From: Raillietiella orientalis | Lineage: Eukaryota | Direction of reading: 5' to 3' | Assembly: GCA_036172245.1 (NCBI GenBank) | Contig: JAYWIR010000020.1 | Span: 2,728,001 to 2,792,000 of the forward strand | Length of the DNA stretch: 64,000 nt | Part shown: positions 1 to 11,300 of the stretch, one piece after another | Position numbering within the stretch: the first letter of the stretch is position 1 | Layout of the letters: each line of letters starts with the position of its first letter | The notes under the pieces: model-generated | Databases searched by the model: none | Told to the model about the DNA's origin: nothing | What the model saw: only the letters and a program-made list of their open reading frames with translations | Translations under genes and position numbers: made by a program

Positions 1-3000
1 GACAAGCACAATTATGGAGGAAATAAAAAGCTTGGACTCTTATCTCCAAGATGCTTTTGATTACATCCATGAATCTCACAATCCTATTCAAAACCACTAA
101 AGCGATTGGAATCTGCTCATCACAATAACAAAACTGAAAAAGGTTTCAGAAACCACAAAGACTTCAACCCAATGGAATGCACCACTGTGGAGATTCCAAT
201 CAGCTCTTGCTTGCACATTCCTCTAGCACTCTTGATATTTTTAGCACGATAAAAAGTAACCAAATTTCAGAATTGAAACCTTTGTGTGAAATTCTATAAT
301 ACATGTTTTCCATGAACACATTCTTCTTTTAATGTTCTCGGATGTATAAATAATAGCAGAGTACGTATATAGTCCTAAATCAGGCTACTATGAATCATTA
401 AAACTGATGTGACAAGAGTCAACACAAAAAACCCTCTGACAAGTATGAATGCATACTACATCACGGTGTCTCTCATTGAGGATAAGTACAATGATTGAAA
501 CATAAAAGCTCATTAGATGAATGTCTTCTTTCATGTTTGGACGGTTGAATCCATGACATGCACTTTTTCTGCACACACTTTATAATGGAATCTCAGCATG
601 CCTTTTTGCAATCTGCACCACAGTCAAGTAGTTTGGTATACTAAAAGAATACCATGTGAACTTCACCATGAGATGACAATTTTTCCAAAATGGCTGATTT
701 TCCTTCCCATCTCTCCAAACTTATCTTACTGTAAATGATGTAAATGAGTGCTACTCTATGATATTAATGTGACAGTATTGATGCAATGCAGTTATTGGCC
801 TAGAGCAACATGAACAGTATGGCGTGACCTTTTTCATGGAAAATATATCACGTATTGTAATTTGTGAATTCACAAAGAACTTAAAGGGTGATTCTAGTTG
901 TAGTTTATGATACTAATTTTTCGGAGAATAGCTCGGATTAGGCTAGACTACACTTTAAAACGAACACTGTGCCTTAACCAACACTTTCCATAGTAATCGA
1001 AGTGGGAATCGAAGTGAAGCTGAGAACGATACCAGGTATTGGCATATGTAAGTTTTTCAGGGCAATTAAAGATCTGCGATCAGGACATTTGGTAGTCTCA
1101 CGCTTTCCACAGTCAGTCAATCTCCCAAATTACTAGGGAAAAAATAATTCACTGATTCCATAGTGAAAGAAAGTTTCAGGATTCTTAACCCTTTGAGTTT
1201 CTAAAGCACGACGTCTAAGACATTCTGTTCCTTTAAAAAGAGTTCATCGGAACAATTGCTTTGAAAAGACTGGATTATTATTGGTTTGTAAGGATGCAGG
1301 TAGAAATGCAGGCCAACCTTTTAATTAGTTTTTTGAAAGAGGGATGCATAAGCTAAGTATGTTTTTTATGCACTCCAGTGGATCCATGAACGAACAGGAG
1401 TTAGCAAACATCTGATGCCATTCATCCTGCGTAAGTCCTTTTAGGCAATCCATTCCATCATGCAATCGCCGGCTGCAAGAAAGACATTGGCCATCGACGG
1501 GCGAGAATCCACGGAAAATGAAAAAGCTCTGAAAAGTGCTCGATTTGAAGATATGCTACATTTCATGAAGATGGATTTCTCTTTAGATCCTTGCCGTAAC
1601 AGAATCCAGATGCATACCGTGAAACGGTTTGCGCACTCATGGAAGACTCGGATTAGAAGTGAAGGTTAGCAAACCAAATAAATTGGGCATTTTGAAGAGG
1701 TGTTTAGAGCTGAAAGACAAGCAAGCAGAGTTCAAGACCCTAATCTCTATCGCTTGCAGATTTTGAAGGTGTTTCTTTCTTTCTCATTCCTTTGTGTCCA
1801 ACAATTGCCTCGAGAATTTCTTAAATGCTTGAATTTCGGATAATAGCAGAGAAGTTGTGAATTTGAGAACTGACCACAAGCTACATCTCGAGACTTTGGG
1901 ACTTCGAGTGTTGCATTTGTCAAGAGTCTTTCGAGATGATCTCAGGGACGCGCGTCTTTATGTGTAAAAAAAGAAAAAAAAAAAGGGAAAAACTCGTTTC
2001 CTTTCGGAACCAGTCTCCTCCAGATCTGCAGCAAATAATGACTTTGTCAGCCCTCAGAAAGCAAAAGATGGTTACAGGTATAAGGAGGAAGCAATTTAGA
2101 TGAGTGAGTGTGCTAAAGCATTCCAAGGCACAGGAAAAGTCAAGACTGCCGGATGGAAAGTGGGATCGTTCCTTCACGAAGAAGGTACAGCAGGGACCCT
2201 GGAGAATCAATGCTTTGAAACTCATGAGGAACAAGCTGCTCTTCCTCAGTAGATTAGTGACTCCGGTGCTTCGAATTCAAGAGGACATGGTCAGCATCGG
2301 AACTGTAGCTTGAGGGAAAAAAATCCGACAGGCGTGCAAATTCATCTTAGCATTCTCCCTTGTGAGGCATCAAAAAAGCGATGTGTTATCCAGACAAAAG
2401 AGGTGGCTCTTGTGCAAACTTCAAAAGTGATGTAAAAATCTACTTCCGATCCAGTTTCCAAACCCACTGAATGAAACCTGGACGATTGGGTGAGGAATTC
2501 CTTAACGTAGAGCGAGGCACCAAGAAATCCACGACGAAGTTACGGAAAGTCTTCAAGCTTCATTTCACACTCCATTATATTCTTACATGGAATAAATTAA
2601 AGATCTGCATCAGTTGTCTAGAATGGTCCCTACTAGGTCTACACAACTGATGGACAGTGATCACAGAATTTCATACTTATATTAGTGTAGCTACTAAGAG
2701 TTTGCACAATTTACTTTTTGTGCCTTCCTTCCTTCCTACATGCATCGCAGACAAAAAATATTCGTTGATCAACTTATACGTAAGCCATTTTGGAGAGCTA
2801 CAGGAATAATATCTGTAGAGTTAAGATTTGGAGAGGGATATTCAACCAGGAGTGGGAACAACCATTAATTACACGTGTGACAAGAAAAAAAAAAAAAAGG
2901 CCAAACCGAAAGTCAAATCACTGAAATAGTCAATCTTTGGAGACTGGCATGGAAACATCCTCCAGATGAGACAGAAAACAATGGAGAAAGCTGAATTCCA

Positions 3001-5136
3001 CTGGTAAAAACACGAAGCTGCTTTTAGATGCAGATGAAAGGCAGCAGTGCGCTCAGCCGAAAGGGATTTGCTCCCGTTTCGCTTATCCGATAGCACCCAG
3101 AACAGCTCTGAAGCTGCTCTGAACTTTCTCTTGCGAACAGCGAGTCCAAGTCAACTTTCACAAGTTGAGTGAAGTGCGATAGGTCTCTGGGACCCATGAC
3201 GATGAGGATGGCACCTTTAAATTCTTCTCTGCGGTGTAATTTTCATCGTTTCGCATAGGCAGCAGGATTTCAGTGTCCAAGGATGCTTTTCATTTTATTT
3301 TATTTTTACTTTTTAATCTTTTGGCATCAAGGACTAACGACTCAGTCACTAAAGTTCTTGCTCAATTCAAGGTAATAATACTATTTATGTAGAAACTTAT
3401 CGTCTTTTTATTGACCAATCTTTATTCTTTCCCTCACCTGTATTATCATTGGTTGCTCTATTGCCTAATCAACTGAAAGATGGTTACTACCATTCCAACA
3501 TTCGCTCATTTGATTTTTTTTTTCTTCTAAATAACATAAAACGAAGACTCCGCGAAATGACAAGGGGTGGAGAAAACTTCCGGTAGGAGACAGGACAATC
3601 TTCCTGCCGTTGGGCAGGAAAAAGATGACACACTGTAGTCCTCTATCAGAATTTCAAAGAACTGGTACAGATTTCGCAGAACTTACACATACCTCTACTG
3701 AGATGTTATTGAGCAAAGGTGTACCCGAAGGGAGGATTGCAATAAAGCGAGGCCGTTTGCAAAATCCAAAGGCAAACGTTCATTGATGACCGCATTTCTT
3801 GAAGTGGGCAGTGGAGCAACCGAAAAAATTCGTTTCACGAGAGTCTGGATGGAAAGCAGCACTGGGTGCAAAAGACGAACTGTTGTGACGGTGAGATCGG
3901 CACTTTAGAAAGCACGGAAGCCGTTCAACTGGTATCTTAGAAAACTCTGATGCTGCCTTCGAGAGGAACGCGGTGGAACTCCACCAGAGCAGGGGAAGGG
4001 AGCCGACTCCGAAAATCGCCGGACCCGGTTCCACTCGGAACAACGCGACGAAAGCATCATTTCAGTCTGAAGTACTGTTCAGGAAGATGTCCGTCATCTC
4101 CTTGAACCTGGAACAGCAGCAGCCTGCTCCCATGTGCACAGAAACACGATCGAGCAAGCCCAGGGCAAAGTGCGGAACACGAGAAGCTCCAGAGAACAAA
4201 ACAGAGCAGCAGCGCATCTTTCGAATAAGAAGATTTTCCCCAACAGATGAGGGACTCCGCTTCCTAAACATCCGGTCTCGAAAAGAGCTATCAAGAGACT
4301 GCCCGCCATTCAATAGTTTTCTGGGATTGGCAGGCGACACGGGCACGAAAGCAGAGGAACCGTGGTAGAAATGCTGCTGCAGCACATCGTCATACGAAAA
4401 AGAATGAACTGGGCTGCCAGAAGTGTACTGATGAACCGAGCATTTCCTCAACTCTGTATAAAAGCAGCAGCGCCACTATTAAACACATGACTATTGCGTG
4501 TTTGCGACTGCTACATACATACAGCTAGCACACATGTACTTGTTACACACATACATGTATGTGCACGTGTGACTAGTATGGATATACTAGTGACTGGACG
4601 TGTATGATTAGTACATCTGTATAGCTAGGACGTGAATGTCACCGAGATGTGCACACGCAAAATTCACAGCTCCCTGGATGCGTTCTTCAGAGGAAGATGG
4701 CTTGGAGATGCCTGGCCACCTTAAGTCATCGAGCCTCTTCAGGGAACAGGAAGGACGATGTGGATCAAGAAGATGGAGGGAGAGATCTGAATCCCGCTGC
4801 CTACTGCCATGGTAAGCCTGTTGAAACGATGGAGAAGCGAGATGCTTCGCAATTACATAAGCAAAATAATTCAGAATATTCTGCGCCTTCTGCAATGACT
4901 GCAGTACTAACCCGTTACAGCATGTCACCTTATTTAATGGCTTTGTCAAAGAAATCGATACATGAAATATGAGGCTAAAGGGAGCTCTTGAAAAATAAGC
5001 CCCAGCGCTTATTCAGTTTGTATCTCATCTCATCACGTACTTATGTTTTCAATGAGGATGTAGTGATGCAAGTAGATTGTTGTTGCTATGTGACAGACTG
5101 CCATCTTTTTCACACAGTTAAAACTACTGTTCTTCA

Positions 5137-5403
5137 GTGAATCCAATTGAAAGTTTAGCGGCATCTCTTCAAGCTCTACTGCAGATCCAGCAGCGGCAGC
5201 ATGCTGAGATTCGTACGGCAGCTACAACGGAAGGTAAAGAAGTTTCTGTAGAGGTTTTCAGGCCAAACACTGATAAAAAATTCTCCAAGGATTTAAAAGT
5301 GCTTTTCTGGATTAAGCGGGTTGCAGAAAGGTTGGGCAAGCAACCCGAAAGGTCAAAGTTGATCGAGTTAGTTGAATCGTTTGTTGAAGTTTGCCGACGG
5401 TAG
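5137..5403 (+). other. Short ORF, possibly a Ty3/Gypsy gag N-terminal relic or an orphan exon
   Basis: 88-aa ORF with LQALLQIQQRQ followed by F-x-P...W-x-x-R, loosely like retrotransposon gag N-termini. It is preceded by a TTCTTCAG acceptor-like site. No pol domains seen nearby. Confidence 0.2.
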
Positions 5404-5499
5404 CAAAAGACAGAGGCCTCAGCAACCGGCAGAGGATTTTTTTTTTTTTGGTGGTTCACCAGGTACCTTAAGAACCGTCGCGCCCCTGGAGGCGGCGCA

Positions 5500-6300
5500 C
5501 GCAGCTCTTTGACGTTGTTCCACGCCATCTGAGGGTGCGTGTTATTCTTCGGAATAGGGGGCACCCGGGAGGGACACCCTATAACTTGAAGTATGAATCC
5601 AGGAAGGGTTCCGGAGGGAGAAGTCCGTTCCTCTCGCGCCTGGGAGGGAACCCCGAAGGAGACCTCTTCCTCATTCTCCCCGGAGGGGTTCCTTCATTGT
5701 TTCTTCTTCACAGGGAACCCGGAAAAGGATCCGCTCCCGAAATTTCTTCTCTGGAGGGATCTTACGGAAACGAACCGCTCCTGTTTCCTCCTCTGAAGAG
5801 AATCCCGAAGGGACGCTTCCGAACTTTCTCCGAAGGATCGCTCCCAAAGGCAGCAGCGCGCCTCTTGAGACTCTGGGGAGGTATCAACAATCCAACAGCT
5901 CCATAGTAGAATATGGAGGGGGTTACCCCCTCAGGAAGGGAAAGGGCTCCACTTGCACAACCGGAGGGGAACCCCGAAGGGATCCTTGATACCTCAAAGG
6001 ACCCCGGAAAGTCAACTCTCAATCCCAGCCACTCATCAGAGCACCCGAAGTCTACAGACCAACCAGTGTCATCCTGCGGGGTGGGGGGACTTGCGACCCA
6101 CGACGCACTCCCATTTTTCGGCGTCCATCCTTCCTCGGGTGGGATTCCGATCCGAGAGACCTTGGCGCCACCACGCGGGGAGACCGCAGCCAAGGGTCTC
6201 CGATGCGCGCAGGAGCTTCCAGCAACCTCATGGCGGGGCTTGGCAGTGGGAATGTCCACCTGGCCCTCGATCCACGAGGTACAAGGATAAAAGAGGAGGT
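5500..6300 (-). mobile_element. Dispersed repeat family R1, copy A (SINE-like or non-autonomous element)
   Basis: Its reverse complement aligns by eye with 10200-10770 and 19300-20020. 5953-5971 is the exact reverse complement of 19602-19620 (19 nt), and 5592-5650 matches 10630-10687 at roughly 80%. Ends approximate. Confidence 0.7.
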
Positions 6301-6753
6301 TTCGAGACTCATCTGCAGCGTAATGGAAACTTCCTAGATGGTTCGGCGGCTGCTGCGAGATGCACGCGAGCTTCTCCGCTGTTCTGATTCCTGGCTTCGT
6401 GACGACGACAACCGTCCTTCCCCTGCCTTCCCGCTGAAGGGACTCCTTGGCCTTTACGCCTTCCAGAACGACGGCTCGCGAGCTGGCGGTCAGACGGTAG
6501 CCACCGCAGCATTGAGGAGGTCCTCGCGACCCTTCCTTCCCATATGGGAAGGAGACACGAACGTCTGAGCTAGAGCGGCGGCTCCATCTGTCCTCCTCTT
6601 CTTCCTCTTCCTTCCTGACTTTGTAAGGACGCCGAACGCTCCTCATGGTAGTGTGGCCCGCGCTCTTGGCCAGTTGGGCAGCAACCTCTGAAGGCCAAGT
6701 CCTCTAAGGGGAGAGTCCAGGTCTGAGAGTAGGTGGGAAGAACGGAGTGCAAA

Positions 6754-6768
6754 CCCCCCCCCCCCCCC
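6754..6768. repeat. Poly-C/poly-G homopolymer (15 nt)
   Basis: Run of 15 C; the minus strand could form a G-quadruplex. Confidence 0.9.
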
Positions 6769-7713
6769 GACGGGAGCAGGAGTGGGGAAAGGGAAATACT
6801 GCAATAGCGTGCCCTTCGGATCCAGGAAGGGCTCGATGCCTCTGCGGAGGAGGAACGGATACACTGCGGGACGCGAGGACCCTGGGGTGTTCCTTCAGCT
6901 GGGAAATGCGGGACGTCTCGCAGTCTCTGAAGGATTCACAGGGTTTCCTCCCACGCATTTTCGACGGCCGCACCATTTTTCACATACATCCCTCCCTTTG
7001 CTCCCTTCTCTTTCGGTTTCCACGCAAATCTTCGTTCCCTCCTCCCTCCTTCTCCCACCCGCTTCGTTCCCAGGGCCCCTGGGAGTCTCCCCCCTTCTTC
7101 GCGGGGAGTCCGTCGGAGCATTCCCCGAGGAATGTCGGGAGATCGGTCTCCTGCTCACCTGCCTTATCCGCCCTCCCTCTAGGGCGGGGGGTAGCCGCAG
7201 GACCGGAGTCATCATAAGAGACGCCTGGCGGAGATGGCAGCGGCCGGCCGCCGCTCCAGTCTTTCCCGGCGTCGCGGGCTCCCGTCGCGCTCGCTCTTCC
7301 TTCCCGCTCGCTTCCCATTGGCCGGATCCGCCCCTGCGACCATGGGAACCACGCGCTTGGCGAGATGATTTGCCAAGGCATCAAGGCGTTAAGTGAACTT
7401 TAATCCGAGCTCCCGAGCAAATGACTAATCGGGAGCGCGGGTGGGAATCGGGACACCTGACCTCCTCCAGGGCTCGGCTATCGATCTGCCCGCACGAGTG
7501 AGGCAGACGCGCGGCAGCAGCAGCCTGGACCACGATCGGCTGCCTCTCTCTCCCGGTTTCTCTCCCTGCCGGCGTCAGGGACGCGGTAGGAAGCTAGGGA
7601 GTCCGAAGAGAGGAGAGGAAAACCCCCCCGCAGCTTCCCGCCGCGAGGCGCTGCTGCCGACCCTGCGGCAACCAAGCAACGGTAGCGGTGGTGGGGAGAA
7701 GGAAGCTACGTTG

Positions 7714-8001
7714 GTCTTCTTTGTTCCCTTTTCCTCCACCCCTCTCCCCTATCTCCTCCATTCCCTCCTCCTCCTCTATCCTTTCTCCTCTCTTCTACTT
7801 CTCTCATCCTTCCTCTTCCTCCGCCTCCATCCATCCTCCTTTTCTTCTTCCTCGTCTTCCTTTCCTCCTCTCTCACCCTTCTCCCTCCACCTCTTCCTTT
7901 CTTCTTCCTCCTCTTCCTGCTTCTACTTCCTCTTTTCCTCCTCGTCCTCCTGTTCCTCCACCTCCCTCCCTCGATTCCCCCCCCCCTTCCCTCCCTTTTC
8001 C
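7714..8001. repeat. Long polypyrimidine/polypurine (CCT/CTT) low-complexity tract
   Basis: About 290 bp that is almost purely C/T on the + strand, 400 bp upstream of the receptor ATG. Further (CCT)n runs occur at ~8296-8320 and ~8500-8545. Confidence 0.9.
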
Positions 8002-8398
8002 TGGCGGATAAACACGCTCTTTGACTTGCGGCGCGCTCTTCCCCGGATGATGCGAACACGAAAGATGTTGAGGACGTCTGATCGCTGGGTCCGTATAGGC
8101 GGAGAGCCAATTACGGCATGTGGAGATTTTCCCACCGTGGGGAAACGGCGGGAACGTCCCCATAAAAAAAAAAAAAGACGGGAAGAGAAGGGGGGAAGAG
8201 AAGGGAGAGGGGCGAGCGGACGAGGGAGCTCGAGTCGCCGCACGATCCAGTCCTGCGGCAGCCGGCGTGCTTCCTGTGTCGGAGACCCCCAGGACCTCCT
8301 CCTCCTCCTCCTCCTCCCCTCAGGGAGGGGCTCCTCCACCGACGGGCGCGCCCCGCCTCCAAGGAGCAGCAGCGGCAGGAGCGGATCCAGCCACAAGG

Positions 8399-11300
8399 AT
8401 GCCTGGTGCGTCATCCACCGACCCGCGAAGGGCGCGGACGGGAGCGGCTTCGCGGGGGAAGGCAGCCCTGCCTCCCCGCTGTCTCCTCCCGTCCACGGCC
8501 CCCTTCTCTTCCCCTCCCCTCCCTCCCTCCTCCTCCTCCTCTTCCAGGGGACCGCCTGCTAGACATCCCGTGCAGAGTCTGCGGAGACCGGAGCTCGGGG
8601 AAGCACTACGGCATCTTCAGCTGTGACGGTGAGTCTCTCCGGGAAGGGGGTCTCCCTGTGCGTGTGTGCTCGAGCGTCCTTTTGGCAGGAGGTGAGAGAG
8701 GGGGAGTGGAGGTCACGTGCGCTCCGGAAGGGGGAAGGCCAGGAGGGTGCCTCCTGCCAGCTCCTCCATGACGTCGTGGAGCGGTGGCCGAACCCTCTCC
8801 CCGGCTCCGGCCTCTGCCCCCCATCCCGCGTTGCTCCGCGATCCTCGCCCGTGGCAGTGGCTAACGCCTTCCCGAAGGCGCGGAAACGACCGCCAGCCGA
8901 CCCCCGTCGTGAGATCCGCCACCGCCCCTGCGGTCGTCATACCTCTTCTTCCCCTCCCCCTCCACCCAGGTGGCTTCCCCGGACGCCTCGAGTGAGTGCT
9001 AGGCGAGGAAGTTTCGCTCCGTTGCCCTGCGCAACCCGCGATCCCGAGATTGCTGGGGCCTTGCGGTCGGGGAGACCTCAGGAGGCGCGCCTTTGGAGGG
9101 AGGAGCGAAGAGATGGCCGACGGGGGGTGCTTCCGTTGCCTTGTGGTTGCCAAGGCGTCCCCTCACCCCTCCTCCCCTTCTTTGCTGTTTTGCTATCCGC
9201 TCACATGTCGAATTTCGGCCTGAGGCCGCCTCTTCTCACATAGGGCGGCGGCGGTAGCTCTCGGAGTACCACCAAGCGGCCGTCGCGTGACGACGGAGTG
9301 GGGGGCTGTGCGGACCGCGAAGCGAAGGGGGGGGGAGACGCGCGCTCCCGGGAAGAAGGGCGGACGCTGGCGTGCTCGAGCGAGGGGAAGCCACGCCCCG
9401 CATCCCGGGAAAGGGCGTCCGGGACTCCGCGTTCCGGGCGGGAGGGAGCGGGGCGATCCTTCCGAGAGGGCGCTCGCATCGGAGGCGGTGCCCAAAACGT
9501 CCACATCCAGAGGGGGGAAGAAGCTCCCAGCCCGGACGGCGGCCGATCGACTGCCGTAGCTTCCCACCGTAGGCGGTGGCGGCGCTGCAGGCCGGCCGCA
9601 GTCTTCCGCATGGGCGAGCGAGCGGGAGAGAGAGAAAGAAAAAAAAAAAAGCCCTCCCGCCCGCCTCGAAGGGGCGTGTGCGGCCTGCCAGAGGCGCGCG
9701 CCCCGCCGGTAGAAGGCGGTGCTCCAGAGTTCCTCAGAAGCGGACAAGGGCGGAGCATCTGCGCGCGCGCCGTTCCCTCCGGGATCTTCGACGGAGCGAC
9801 GCCACGGATCTGGAATGCTCCCTTCCCAAAGGCGTAACACGATTCGGGAGGAGAAGGGGCGGGGGAGTCGGAGAAGACCGTTGCGCCAAGCACGAGCGGA
9901 GCACGGAGGGGGGGAAAGGGACTGGTTCATAGGATCCGGAGTAGGGAAAAAGCTGAAAGAATGAAGTGCTCGGCTGAAAGGGGGAGAGCCCTACTCCCCC
10001 TCCCCTTCCTCTCTATTCCCTCTCCTCCCTCACCCGTTCACGGGAAGGAGCGCACTGTGCGTAGAGGAGCCGCCACCTCCCCGCAGTACGGTCCAGCTGC
10101 CGGCGCCATCGGGAACCAGAGGAGGCGCCAGCGGAGGACGGGTCACCTCTCTTAGCCCCCTTCCCCTTCCTTGGCCTGCTTCGACGACGTGCTTTCAGGC
10201 GCGTTCGAAGTTCCCTCGCTGCCGACGCGTCCCCTCAGACCGACAGAGTCCGCGGTAGCACTGGGCGTTGCGGGTTCGAATCCCGCCCGGGTGAAGGACC
10301 GAGACGCCTCTCGGGTGGACGCGTCGTCGACTCCGAGTTCCCCCCGCAAGAGAAAGCCGATTGGCCTCTTCGGTTGCGACAGGACTGATGGAAGCAGCCG
10401 GCTGCCCCCGTTGACCAGCCAGAATCGGAAGTTGACCCTCCTCCTGGGTCCTTCCAGGAATCGAAGAGTCCTTCAGGGTGCCCCTTCGGAGTCGTGCCAT
10501 GGGGCTGCGACTATCTCCAGACTATCGAGAAGCGCGCCGCTGTCTTCGAGGAGACCACTTCAGAGAAAATGGGAGAATCCCTTCCGGAAGTCCCTCTGGA
10601 CACAACTAGGGCGAGGGCTCCCTTCGGGGTTCCCTACCAAGCGCTAGAGGAACGAACTGCTTCCTCTGGATCCTTCATGGATTCATATGGTGGTCCCACC
10701 GGGGTTACCCGCTGACCTGAAGAGTTACGTGCACCCTCGGGTGGCGCTAACAGTGTCAAAGGGCTTTGCAGGTCCCCATCTGAGGTGGGCGGCTCTTCAG
10801 CACTCTCTAAGGATCAAAAAAGAGAAAAGAAAAAAAAAGCTGGAAGGGAAGAGGCAAAACTAGGAGAACTCTCCAAAGGGATTCCCACGATCGTCCTAGA
10901 GGAGCGGGTGGGCACATCCTCGAGGAGGAAGGTCGCCGGAGCCGATGGAGACGCGAGCGTCAAAGCTGCCCCGAGCAACTTTGGCACCCGCACGAAGAAC
11001 CATCGCTAAAAACGGAAGAGCAGCAGGAAGCGGTCGGAGAGAGGCGGGAGAAGGAGGGAGGCTGCTGCGCGCTTTCGAAGGAGCAGCCATTGGTCTTGCT
11101 GAAGAGCCGGGCGGAGGGCATCCCTCGAGAGTTTGGGCGTCTGAGGCGAACGAAAACCTGTCCTCCTAGGCCATTCCATTCCACTCGCGTTGGTCCAGAG
11201 GTTCGGGAGGAGCACGCCTCTCTCTGCCCGTCAGGCAGGGAGTCCGGAGTTCTTGGACAGGAATCCCAGTCCGCCTCCTGGAGAGCAAGAGCTGGAAACG

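Noticed and set aside
8022..8027. AAGTCA NR2E half-site (minus strand) suggesting autoregulation
   Set aside because: A single hexamer occurs often by chance in this window.
10230..10295. Intact tRNA gene
   Set aside because: Only the T-arm is present. No acceptor stem, D-arm or anticodon arm could be built, and it lies within repeat R1.
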